Origin: a bacterium
GTDB taxonomy: Bacteria > Patescibacteriota > Minisyncoccia > UBA6257 > JAGOQP01
Assembly: GCA_021814695.1 (NCBI GenBank)
Contig: JAKAHY010000003.1
Span: forward strand, 20,692 to 84,691
Direction of reading: 5' to 3'
DNA length: 64,000 nucleotides
The number at the start of each line of letters is the position of its first letter. Positions within the stretch are counted from its first letter, which is position 1. The position numbers and the translations under genes are program-made. Shown piece by piece: positions 20,595 through 29,294 of this stretch. The notes under the pieces are model-generated. The model was not told the origin of the DNA. It saw nothing but the letters and a program-made list of their open reading frames with translations, and ran no database searches.

Positions 20595-20719
20595 GCGGTG
20601 GGGAAAATGGGGCTATGGCCTCATTTTTTATATCGGCAGCAGTAACAAAATAAAATAAACGATAAAAGCATTTGACAAACGAATAAAATAATGATATAAA
20701 AAACCTACTGGAGGTGTTC

Positions 20720-20932
20720 TTGAAAGACCAAGCTTCGTGTCCGCGACTCGCTCAGGCAGAACCGTCCACCGAAGGTGGCAAAGCGCTGATCGATTGCATC
20801 GGTCCGTCCGAGAAGTGCTCGGACTGTCCGCTCCGTGACAGCGACTGCCAGATCGCCTGGTTCGGGCAGGAGCCCGACAGGTTCAACAGTTTCCAGCGCC
20901 GTCGGGCGCTCAAGGATCTTCTGGGGGATTAG
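20720..20932 (+). CDS. Small Cys-containing GC-rich protein
   Basis: TTGACA promoter at 20672; SD GGAGGTG; TTG start; five Cys including CSDC. Confidence 0.55.
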   Translation: MKDQASCPRLAQAEPSTEGGKALIDCIGPSEKCSDCPLRDSDCQIAWFGQEPDRFNSFQRRRALKDLLGD

Positions 20933-21043
20933 CTCTTTATATGTTATTTGTTCGTGCCAGGCGTCGCCTGGTATTTTTTTACGTTTTTTCTTGATTTTAA
21001 ATTTGTTTTGGCTAAACTACAGGCAGTTCTCATTGGAGGGGAA

Positions 21044-21298
21044 ATGTCGAGACCGACGAATACTAAAACGGTATCATTGAAAATCAGGCATCTTCTGATC
21101 TTTGTTATTATGGTCGGGTTGATTCCAACAATTATGATGATGGGAGTTTTGCTAGGAAGTTTCTATCTGGCGGAACTCTTGAAGTTGTATTTGCTGGCCC
21201 CGATTGGTGTTTTTCTGGGCTTGATGATTATTTTACCCGTATCATTTAAGGGGAATGATTTGTTTAGAAAGTGGTATCCGCAGTATTTTACCGACTGA
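21044..21298 (+). CDS. Small two-TM membrane protein
   Basis: SD GGAGGGG before ATG 21044; two hydrophobic helices. Confidence 0.6.
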   Translation: MSRPTNTKTVSLKIRHLLIFVIMVGLIPTIMMMGVLLGSFYLAELLKLYLLAPIGVFLGLMIILPVSFKGNDLFRKWYPQYFTD

Positions 21299-21401
21299 AT
21301 TTTGGTCGGTTTTTTTGTGAACATAAATATGTGTCCGATAATTTGACTATTGTCTGAAATGATGTTTTTATACTGCCAGTACGCGAAAAAGGAGAACGAA
21401 G

Positions 21402-21926
21402 ATGAACTCTGACAATGGCAGTTTGGAGAATGTCGACGTATCTTCGTTTGCAACCAAAACCAAAAAGGGACTGTCCGTACTCGCTATTTTGGGGATTGTG
21501 GCAGTCGCTGTTGTGTGCCTGGTGTCGGTTTTTAAAGGCCGAGAAGATGCGAATGCGATGAATGAAAGGGTAGGCGCCGGGTTTTCTAAAGAGGAAATCG
21601 CCGGTATGGAAAAGACTGTTAATGCGGCAAAGTCCATCAACGTCGATGTTTTCAAGTTGATTGCCAAACTGAACGCAGAAGGCACAATCGTTCCGCCGTC
21701 TATGGCAGCAGCTGCGTTTGAGGCCGATAGGAGCCTCGACGGTGCAATCAGAGATTATATTGATGCTCTCCATCTGCAGATCCGTTGCATTGAAGATAAA
21801 AGTCTTACAAAAGATTCCATCAGCTCTGAAGCGGATGCCATTCGGGTAAGATTCAGAGGGCATTTTTATAGGGCGTCGTACATTTGGTATAGAATCGCAA
21901 TAGAGGCCAAAAGAATCGCCAGATAA
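21402..21926 (+). CDS. Membrane-anchored hypothetical protein
   Basis: SD AAAGGAG; single TM; hairpin terminator after the stop. Confidence 0.6.
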   Translation: MNSDNGSLENVDVSSFATKTKKGLSVLAILGIVAVAVVCLVSVFKGREDANAMNERVGAGFSKEEIAGMEKTVNAAKSINVDVFKLIAKLNAEGTIVPPSMAAAAFEADRSLDGAIRDYIDALHLQIRCIEDKSLTKDSISSEADAIRVRFRGHFYRASYIWYRIAIEAKRIAR

Positions 21927-21986
21927 CCGGAGTTTATGCTCCGGATTTTTTTATCCTTTTGTCGGCACGAAAGACAGTAAAAACAT

Positions 21987-22550
21987 TTATCTGATCCCCG
22001 TATCGCAGAAAATAGTTGTTGTGGCGTAAGAATCGGGGCCGACGGTTACTTGCGGATGGTCGCAACGGGGAAGATTGCTTTCTCCCGCTCCCAAAGTGTA
22101 GTCACCGGGAGGAAGTGATAGCGAGAATTTTCCATCGGCTCCGCTGTTGGTAAATGCTATGGCATGCACCGGATCGTTTGAGCGAAAAACCGCGACCATT
22201 GTTTGGTATGGTTTGTCGGCGCAGTTGGGGTCGGGCGGATTTTTTTGAACGGGGCAGGTCGGACCCAGCATCACAATTCCTTTTATTCCAGATTTGTAAG
22301 GCAGTATTCCTTGTGTGCCGGTTCCTTCTTGAGGGCTGGTTGTTGTAGTTGCAGTTGGGCAGGGAGTGAATTCGCAGTTGGGTCCTGTGCGGCCGACATA
22401 CGAACCGTCCGGACAAAGTTTAGCTTCCTGAGTGCAGGCAATTTGCGAAGGAATAGTTTGTATGGGGAGTGAATTGGAAAACAACCAATAGACACCTAAA
22501 GTGGCGGCAATGGAAATTAAAGCGAAGATAATTAAATTGGTTTTGCTCAT
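21987..22550 (-). CDS. Surface protein with CPR-type Cys motif and carboxypeptidase-regulatory-like domain
   Basis: ACTQEAKLCPDGSYVGRTGPNCEFTPCP; GPTCPV; DGKFSLSLPPGDY. Confidence 0.7.
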   Translation of the reverse strand: MSKTNLIIFALISIAATLGVYWLFSNSLPIQTIPSQIACTQEAKLCPDGSYVGRTGPNCEFTPCPTATTTTSPQEGTGTQGILPYKSGIKGIVMLGPTCPVQKNPPDPNCADKPYQTMVAVFRSNDPVHAIAFTNSGADGKFSLSLPPGDYTLGAGESNLPRCDHPQVTVGPDSYATTTIFCDTGIR

Positions 22551-22741
22551 ATTTTTATTATCTTATATATAACTTTATTAGAAGTATACATAATTTTATC
22601 GGAAGTGGTTTAAAATTAACAGAGTAATATTTTTCAATTTATAAAATCACGCATTTCGGCGATCGTCGAAATGCGTGATCGAGGGGTTGTTTTTTGGGAA
22701 ATTTTGTTTAGAATATCAGCAGTTCTTAATGGGAGGGTAAA

Positions 22742-23113
22742 ATGATGTCCCCTGAAAAGGAAAAAGCACTTGAAGATAAGTATCTGTTTTTTCGACCCGT
22801 CTGGGGAGTGGAATGCGGTGATGGCTGGTTTGGAATTATTGACGAGCTGTGCGCTAAACTTTCAAGGATGGATTTGAGTGGCGCAAGAATAGAATTTATC
22901 AAAGAAAAATTTGGTGGCATGAGAGTCGGACTTTCTCACGTCGGAGGGAAAAACTATGGAGACGCACTTTCTATTATTGAGTATGCCTACGATAGAAGCA
23001 TGGAGACATGCGAGGAATGCGGACGGCCCGGCATCTTGAGGGACATTAAGGGATGGTTTAAGACGTTGTGTGACGGATGTTTTGCCAAGACATTGAGTCG
23101 GTCGAATGAATGA
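22742..23113 (+). CDS. Conserved hypothetical protein (phage-like, Zn-ribbon C-terminus)
   Basis: ECGDGW, IKEKFGG.R, TCEECG, TLCDGC; SD GGGAGG. Confidence 0.7.
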   Translation: MMSPEKEKALEDKYLFFRPVWGVECGDGWFGIIDELCAKLSRMDLSGARIEFIKEKFGGMRVGLSHVGGKNYGDALSIIEYAYDRSMETCEECGRPGILRDIKGWFKTLCDGCFAKTLSRSNE

Positions 23114-23255
23114 AATCAAAGTAGCAAATGCTATTTTACCGGAAGAGTTGAACCTCGCCGACGACGACAATTGTTGCCCGGCCTGGTCGGGACCAATTTC
23201 CGAATCACCGGATAAACCGATACGAGATGAATGTTGTGATGATGACGACGACTAA
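23106..23255 (+). CDS. 49-aa acidic peptide with two CC pairs (not in ORF track)
   Basis: MNEIKVANAILPEELNLADDDNCCPAWSGPISESPDKPIRDECCDDDDD*; overlaps upstream stop; hairpin AAGACGAC/GTCGTCTT plus T-tract follows. Confidence 0.55.
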   Translation: MNEIKVANAILPEELNLADDDNCCPAWSGPISESPDKPIRDECCDDDDD

Positions 23256-23410
23256 AACCAAAAGACGACTTAAAGTCGTCTTATTTTTTTATCTTGTTAA
23301 AAATAAAATTAAAATGCCATAAATGGCAGGGATTTTTTGTCACCCCTTTAATCGTAAAAGAGTGGCGCCAAAACTATTATATTTTTTATCTATGAAGAGA
23401 TGGTGGATAT

Positions 23411-23602
23411 TTTGCTACTTTTTGGGTCGGCAAAAAGTAGCGCAAAAACCGACAGGCTTTTGCAAATCTTATAATTAATTTATTTCGTTTGGGCTTCTGT
23501 CCAAAACTCAACCTCATTACATTCGGGATTTAAACAGTTGGACAGATTGCTTTGCAACCGCCCTCACTCGCATAAATTAATTAGATAAGATTTTCGGCCT
23601 GG
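23411..23602. repeat. Structured repeat family, copy 1 (extra 5' hairpin at ~23335-23374)
   Basis: 5' hairpin plus long interrupted stem capped by AACTC...AAACA; shared architecture with 24704-24878 and 49836-50046. Confidence 0.55.
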
Positions 23603-23730
23603 TGTTTCCCTTATGTCATTCCAGCGGACGCTGGAATCCAGTATTCATCTATAAGATTTCTGGCTCAGGCTTATAAAAAATAAAAAAAACAGCTTGGCAG
23701 ATGCCAAGCTTGATGAGGATGAAGAAGGGT

Positions 23731-24054
23731 TCAGTTTGTGTGAGGGGGCTTCTCAACGAAGCCGTTGTCTTCCGCCCAGGCACGGAAGTCCGGTCCGGCG
23801 ACCTGGACGATGTTCTTGATCTCGACGATGAAGATCGTGCGCGGTCGGTAGTCGGTCGGGTCGGTGAACGCCTCCAGCTCTTCTTTGCAGTAGGCGATAC
23901 CGGCGGCCGAGAACATCGGGTTCTGGAGCAGCACTACCGGCAGGCATCCGGAGGGGACGGCGTCCCACTCCAGCGTTTTTCCTGGCACCTCGGTCCCGTA
24001 TTCGACGAGGAAGGTCTCCTTACTCATGTTGCGCGGGTTGATGTAGTAGCCCAT
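23731..24054 (-). CDS. GC-rich hypothetical protein
   Basis: SD AAGGAGAGGG; TTGAC promoter elements ~24114-24127; terminator AGCTTGGCA/TGCCAAGCT at 23691-23710. Confidence 0.65.
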   Translation of the reverse strand: MGYYINPRNMSKETFLVEYGTEVPGKTLEWDAVPSGCLPVVLLQNPMFSAAGIAYCKEELEAFTDPTDYRPRTIFIVEIKNIVQVAGPDFRAWAEDNGFVEKPPHTN

Positions 24055-24229
24055 TGCCCTCTCCTTTCTTTTCCTTATTTGAGTTAACAGCTAGTTAAAT
24101 AATAACATAATTAGTCAAATAAGTCAATAATTGAATATCAAATTCCTAATTACTAATGTCTAATTACTAACACACATAAGTAAAAAAAGTGGCCCATCTC
24201 CGAAGAGTTGGGCCGTTGGGTGCTGATTT

Positions 24230-24313
24230 CTACTTCCCGTTGGAAGAGTTGGCCTCCTCGATGAGGGGATCGAAGAAGCTGTTGAGTGCGTCGTCGAAGG
24301 TATCGAATTCCAT
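24230..24313 (-). CDS. 27-aa acidic micro-peptide in its own transcription unit (not in ORF track)
   Basis: MEFDTFDDALNSFFDPLIEEANSSNGK*; SD AAAAGGAGG; TTGACA-16-TATACT (24348-24375); terminator 24182-24214. Confidence 0.6.
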   Translation of the reverse strand: MEFDTFDDALNSFFDPLIEEANSSNGK

Positions 24314-24450
24314 TTCCGGCCTCCTTTTGAAGTTCTAAACTGTTTAAAGTATAGCATAAAATTAAGATTTGTCAATAAGGTGTGATTAATTACTATTAAC
24401 TGTTTACTATTAACTGATTACTTGTTATCATTCAATTACAACTTAATAGA

Positions 24451-24591
24451 AGTTATCAAGAGTGGCGGGGAGGGAATTGGCCCCATGATCCGCCCAGCAA
24501 CTTGTCTTAGGTCTCGACGCTTAGGATAAAGTGCTAAATCCAATCCCCGAAGGCGTACTCGTCCTGAGCTCGCCGAAGGAGAGAGATAAGG
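24451..24591 (+). promoter_or_regulatory. SAM-I (S-box) riboswitch aptamer
   Basis: TTATCAAGAG..GGGAGGGAATTGGCCCCATGA..CAGCAAC..GTGCTAAATCC..GAGATAAG; upstream of metK. Confidence 0.88.
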
Positions 24592-24613
24592 TAGGTCGAT
24601 TTTTAATGCCTTT

Positions 24614-24647
24614 AAACTCTTTCCTTCTCGGGAGAGAGTTTTTCTTT
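24614..24647 (+). terminator. Probable riboswitch-controlled terminator
   Basis: AAACTCTTTCC-loop-GGAGAGAGTTT followed by a T-rich tract. Confidence 0.55.
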
Positions 24648-24703
24648 GCCTCGTCGAAGCTTTAGCGAAGGCGGGTATTTATTATCCTTTCGGGCAATGG
24701 CTG

Positions 24704-24878
24704 TTTGCCACCCTTTTGACCGCAAAAGGGTGGCGTCTAAAACTCCCAGGCTTAACATATGCTTATAATTCAGTCGATTCGCGCTTCGCTCCTGTCCACA
24801 ACTCGCTTCGCTCAAACAAGTGGACAGCAAAACAGCTCGCGCTCATCTGACTGGATTAAATAAGCATATGTGGCCTGG
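24704..24878. repeat. Structured repeat family, copy 2
   Basis: TGCCACCCTTTTG/CAAAAGGGTGGCG hairpin; long stem capped by AACTCGCTTCGCTCAAACA. Confidence 0.6.
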
Positions 24879-24968
24879 CCGTTGAGAGTTATCACGGATA
24901 TCAAAAAATCCGTATAAATCCGTTACATCAGCATTAATCCGTGTAGTAATTAATATCTAACTAATAAC

Positions 24969-25172
24969 ATGATCATAAACGCAAACGATGAAAATAACAG
25001 AAAAGGTTTCATAATTGGAACCAGCGTGGCTCATCTGAAAAAATATAAAAAAACCGTAATACAAAGGGCGGTCGATAACGAACTCATTCCTATAAGTACT
25101 AAGGGAAAAACAAAAGAAGAGATTGTTAAAGAACTGATGAAACAAGCGAAACATATTATTGATCGCAATTAA
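24969..25172 (+). CDS. Hypothetical protein
   Basis: 67-aa ORF between the riboswitch and metK. Confidence 0.4.
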   Translation: MIINANDENNRKGFIIGTSVAHLKKYKKTVIQRAVDNELIPISTKGKTKEEIVKELMKQAKHIIDRN

Positions 25173-25216
25173 TCTCAACTTCTATCCATTTATATCAACT
25201 AATATCTATTAACATC

Positions 25217-26182
25217 ATGCTTAACGAAAAAATAAGAACCTGCGAATACGTCTCCCCAAAACATCCAGATAAAATCTGTGACCAAATTGCCGATGCTATT
25301 CTGTCCGCTTATCTGAAAAAAGACAAAAAAGCGCGGGTGGCGGTGGAAGTTATGGGCGGGCACGGAGTGATAAATATATCGGGAGAAATAACCAGTAAAG
25401 CGAAAGGCATAAAAATACGAGATATAGTAGAGAAAGTGATATATGAGGGAACCGATATAGATAGAGATAGATTGAGATACGGTGGAGATAATATAAAAAA
25501 TAGAGATAAATTAAAACACAATAGATACAAAATCAATATAAACATTACTCATCAAAGCCCGTTTATTGCGCATGGAGTGGATACCGGCGGAGCGGGAGAT
25601 CAGGGAGTTATGGTCGGCTATGCCTGCAACGAGACCAAATCGCTGATGCCTCTGGAATACGAACTGGCCAAAAATTTGTGCCTGAATATTTACAAAAAAT
25701 ATCCTTATGACGGAAAAACTCAGGTAACTATAGACGGCAAAAAAGTTACGGCAGTTGTCGCCAGTTTTCAAAACACCAAAACTCCGGAATTGGAAAAATT
25801 GGTCAGGCGGCTCATAAAATCGGAAAAATATTTTATCAATCCTGCGGGGGAATGGCCGGTCGGAGGATTTGACGCCGACAGTGGGCTTTCGGGAAGAAAA
25901 ATTGTAGTTGATGCTTACGGACCAAACGTTCCGGTCGGAGGCGGAAGTTTTGCCGGCAAAGACCTGACTAAAGTAGACCGAAGCGGAGCGATGATGGCCC
26001 GAAAAATTGCCGTTGAGCTTCTAAAAAAGCACAAAGCCAAAGAGGTGCTGGTGAAACTGGCTTATGTAATTGGCGTACAACAGCCGGTAATGGCAGTGGC
26101 TTTAGCTGATGGAAAGTTGATTGAAGTAAAAGGCAGGGATTTGAGTACGAAGGGGATAGTGGAAACTTTGAGTTTTATCTGA
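25217..26182 (+). CDS. metK: S-adenosylmethionine synthetase (short form)
   Basis: EYVSPKHPDKICDQIAD, GAGDQG, GLSGRKIVVDAYG, GGGSFAGKD.TKVDRS; SAM-I riboswitch upstream. Confidence 0.95.
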   Translation: MLNEKIRTCEYVSPKHPDKICDQIADAILSAYLKKDKKARVAVEVMGGHGVINISGEITSKAKGIKIRDIVEKVIYEGTDIDRDRLRYGGDNIKNRDKLKHNRYKININITHQSPFIAHGVDTGGAGDQGVMVGYACNETKSLMPLEYELAKNLCLNIYKKYPYDGKTQVTIDGKKVTAVVASFQNTKTPELEKLVRRLIKSEKYFINPAGEWPVGGFDADSGLSGRKIVVDAYGPNVPVGGGSFAGKDLTKVDRSGAMMARKIAVELLKKHKAKEVLVKLAYVIGVQQPVMAVALADGKLIEVKGRDLSTKGIVETLSFI

Positions 26183-26221
26183 AAAAGGCATAAAATATGA
26201 TCAATCGTATCTAAACTCAGC

Positions 26222-29200
26222 ATGCCCCAAAAGATCTCAGATTATATAACCGAGGTATCAGATAAATATAAAACTGGCCGTGCCGGAGAGCATGCTTATA
26301 GGCCCACTTTTGAAAAGCTCATTAAGTCGATAGATCCAAAACTTTCGATCATTAACGATCCGAAACGTACAGAACACGGAGCGCCTGATTTTATATTTGT
26401 AAGGGGAGACTTGATAGCGGGCTATGTTGAGACAAAAGATATAGATGAGGATCTTGATAAGACTGAAAAATCAGAACAGATAGAAAGATATTTAGGTTAT
26501 TCAAATCTAATTCTCACTAATTATCTCGAATTTCGTTTTTTTAGAAACGGAGAACATTATGGCGAGCATATTATTATAGGGAAGATAATTGACGGAGTCG
26601 TTAAAATTCAAGAAGATCAGATCAGTTCTTTGGAAGATGTTATTTTTGATTTTTTATCTGCTAAGCCAGAAGCTATAAAAAGTGGAATTCGTCTGGCAAA
26701 AATTATGGGAGGTAAGGCGCGCCGTATAAGAGATAGCGTAAAACAATTTCTGACTAAAGAATCGGAAGATAATCAAGAACTCTCGCGCGTTTACGAAACA
26801 ATAAAAAAACTTCTGGTTCACGATTTAACTTCCGAATCATTTGCGGATATGTACGCTCAGACTCTTGTTTATGGGCTTTTTGTGGCTCGTTATTATGACG
26901 AATCTCCGGATAATTTTACGCGTCAAGAAGCGCGTGATCTTATACCGGCATCAAATCCATTTCTGCGTCATTTCTTTGACCATATTGCTGGTCCGGATTT
27001 TGATAAACGATTAGCTTATATAGTAAATGAACTTTGTGAGGTTTTCTCGGTCGCGGATGTTCAAGTTCTCATGAGTCAGTATTTTAAGCAAGAGGATTTG
27101 TGGGGGAAGATACATAAAGGCCCTGATCCGGTTATCCATTTTTATGAGGATTTTTTAAAAGAATATGATTCTGAATTGCGTAAAAAAATGGGAGCATTTT
27201 ATACTCCATTACCAGTTGTAGATTTTATTGTCCGGTCAGTTGATTATCTCCTCAAAAAAGAGTTTAACTTATCCGGGGGCCTTGCTGATGCTACTAAGAC
27301 AGGGTTAGTGCACAAAGTTCAAATTCTTGATCCAGCCGTAGGGACGGGAACATTTATTAGTGAAATTATTCGTACTATCTATCAAAGTTTTTCTGGGCAA
27401 GAAGGACGTTGGCCGACTTATGTTTATCATGATCTTTTGCCTCGTTTACATGGCTTTGAATTAATGATGGCGCCTTACACCATTGCCCACCTTAAATTTA
27501 GTATGATGTTAAAGGAGACGGGTTTTAAACACTTTAACAATAGTAGGCTTGGTATCTATCTGACAAATTCTCTAGAGAATGGAGACGCTCAAGATAGTTT
27601 ATTTACAGGATTTGGTTTTGCCGAGAGTATTGCGGAGGAATCCAAAGAGGCGTCAAAAATCAAGAATGAAAAACCAATCATGGTTGTTGTTGGTAACCCG
27701 CCATATAGCATTAGCTCCTCGAATAAGGGTGAGTGGATTCTAAATCTTATTAAAGACTACAAAAAAGACTTGGGCGAAAGAAAAATTAATCTAGATGATG
27801 ACTATATAAAATTTATTCGTTTTGCAGAACATTTTATAGAAAAAAATGGAAGTGGTATTGTAGCTATGATAACCAATAATTCATTTATTGATGGAATTAC
27901 TCATCGTCAAATGAGGAAGCATTTATTGGAAACATTCGACAATGTTTATATTCTTAATTTGCACGGCAATTCTAAGAAAAAAGAAAAGTGTCCAGACGGT
28001 AGTAAAGATGAGAATGTTTTTGATATTCAACAAGGCGTATCTATTTCAATTTTTGTAAGAAAAGAAGGCAAAAAACAAGAATTAGGAAAAGTATTCCACT
28101 CTGAATTATACGGCAGACGTCAAGATAAGTTTGAGAAACTTAATTCTTTTGATTTAGAAAACATAAAATGGCAAAGACTTAATACCATAGAGCCTTATTA
28201 TTTCTTTATCCCAAAAGATTTTAGTTTGAGTGATTCTTATGATAACTTTTTCTCTATAACAGATCTGTTCAAAATTTATTCAGCAGGGATAAAAACTAAA
28301 GTTGATAACATATCAATAGACTTTGAAAGAGAATCACTCGGGAAAAGAGTTGAAGACATACTTACAAATAAATATTCATTGCAAGAAGTCATTAAAAAAT
28401 TTAGCTTGAATCCAAAAACTACCTGGGAATACAACAATGTTCTGAGGGCGAGTTTTAACGATAAAGTTTTGTCTTTCTATGATTATAGGCCGTTTGATAG
28501 AAGATTTATCTACTATGATAAAAATTTTCTTTCCAGAAGTAGATCGCAAGTAATGGATAATTTTTTTAATAAAGATAATATAGGCTTAGAAACTTCACGT
28601 ATGGGTGATTACATTTTTATTTCTAAAAATATTTCAGACGAGCATTTTGTTTCAGATAATTCATTTAAATTTCCACTTTATCTGTACCTAGATAATGGTC
28701 AGCAAATATCCAATCTTAAAAATGAGATCGTGGGAAAAATTACAGGAATTACTGGCAAAGCAGCTCCCATAGATATTCTTGATTATATTTATGCAGTCCT
28801 CCATTCGCCTAATTATAGAAAAAAATATGAGGAATTTTTAAAAATTGACTTCCCGCGGATACCATATCCAAAAGACAGAAAAACCTTTGAGAAATTAGTG
28901 AGTTTTGGAAAAGAGTTGAGAGAACTGCATCTTTTAGAATCTACAAAGCTTAAAAACTTTATCACGACATTTCCAGAATCAGAAAGTGATCTCGTTGAGT
29001 CAAAATATCCAAAATATAAGGATGGGAATGTTTATATAAATAGTACTCAATATTTTGGTAATGTTTCAGAAGTTATCTGGAATTTCTACATAGGAGGATA
29101 TCAACCTGCTCAAAAATGGCTTAAAGATCGCCAAGGCCGAAAACTTTCAAATGAAGACATTGAACACTATCAAAAGATGATTGTAGCTTTGATGGAGACA

Positions 29201-29242
29201 GACGGGGTTATAAAAGAAATTGATAAAATTTATGTTCAATAA
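26222..29242 (+). CDS. Single-chain restriction-modification enzyme (N6-adenine MTase; Type IIG/IIL-like with Type ISP-like specificity domain)
   Basis: N-terminal GAPDF...VETK nuclease motif; motif I ILDPAVGTGTF; motif IV GNPPY; YRPFD, DFPRIPY, IGGYQPAQKWLKDR C-terminus. Confidence 0.88.
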   Translation: MPQKISDYITEVSDKYKTGRAGEHAYRPTFEKLIKSIDPKLSIINDPKRTEHGAPDFIFVRGDLIAGYVETKDIDEDLDKTEKSEQIERYLGYSNLILTNYLEFRFFRNGEHYGEHIIIGKIIDGVVKIQEDQISSLEDVIFDFLSAKPEAIKSGIRLAKIMGGKARRIRDSVKQFLTKESEDNQELSRVYETIKKLLVHDLTSESFADMYAQTLVYGLFVARYYDESPDNFTRQEARDLIPASNPFLRHFFDHIAGPDFDKRLAYIVNELCEVFSVADVQVLMSQYFKQEDLWGKIHKGPDPVIHFYEDFLKEYDSELRKKMGAFYTPLPVVDFIVRSVDYLLKKEFNLSGGLADATKTGLVHKVQILDPAVGTGTFISEIIRTIYQSFSGQEGRWPTYVYHDLLPRLHGFELMMAPYTIAHLKFSMMLKETGFKHFNNSRLGIYLTNSLENGDAQDSLFTGFGFAESIAEESKEASKIKNEKPIMVVVGNPPYSISSSNKGEWILNLIKDYKKDLGERKINLDDDYIKFIRFAEHFIEKNGSGIVAMITNNSFIDGITHRQMRKHLLETFDNVYILNLHGNSKKKEKCPDGSKDENVFDIQQGVSISIFVRKEGKKQELGKVFHSELYGRRQDKFEKLNSFDLENIKWQRLNTIEPYYFFIPKDFSLSDSYDNFFSITDLFKIYSAGIKTKVDNISIDFERESLGKRVEDILTNKYSLQEVIKKFSLNPKTTWEYNNVLRASFNDKVLSFYDYRPFDRRFIYYDKNFLSRSRSQVMDNFFNKDNIGLETSRMGDYIFISKNISDEHFVSDNSFKFPLYLYLDNGQQISNLKNEIVGKITGITGKAAPIDILDYIYAVLHSPNYRKKYEEFLKIDFPRIPYPKDRKTFEKLVSFGKELRELHLLESTKLKNFITTFPESESDLVESKYPKYKDGNVYINSTQYFGNVSEVIWNFYIGGYQPAQKWLKDRQGRKLSNEDIEHYQKMIVALMETDGVIKEIDKIYVQ

Positions 29243-29294
29243 AATAAAAATAATATAAATTTTAAATAAGTTTTGATGATGGTACGATAATTTT

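Noticed and set aside
23701-24087. 128-aa plus-strand ORF
   Set aside because: Shadow of the 23731..24054 minus-strand gene
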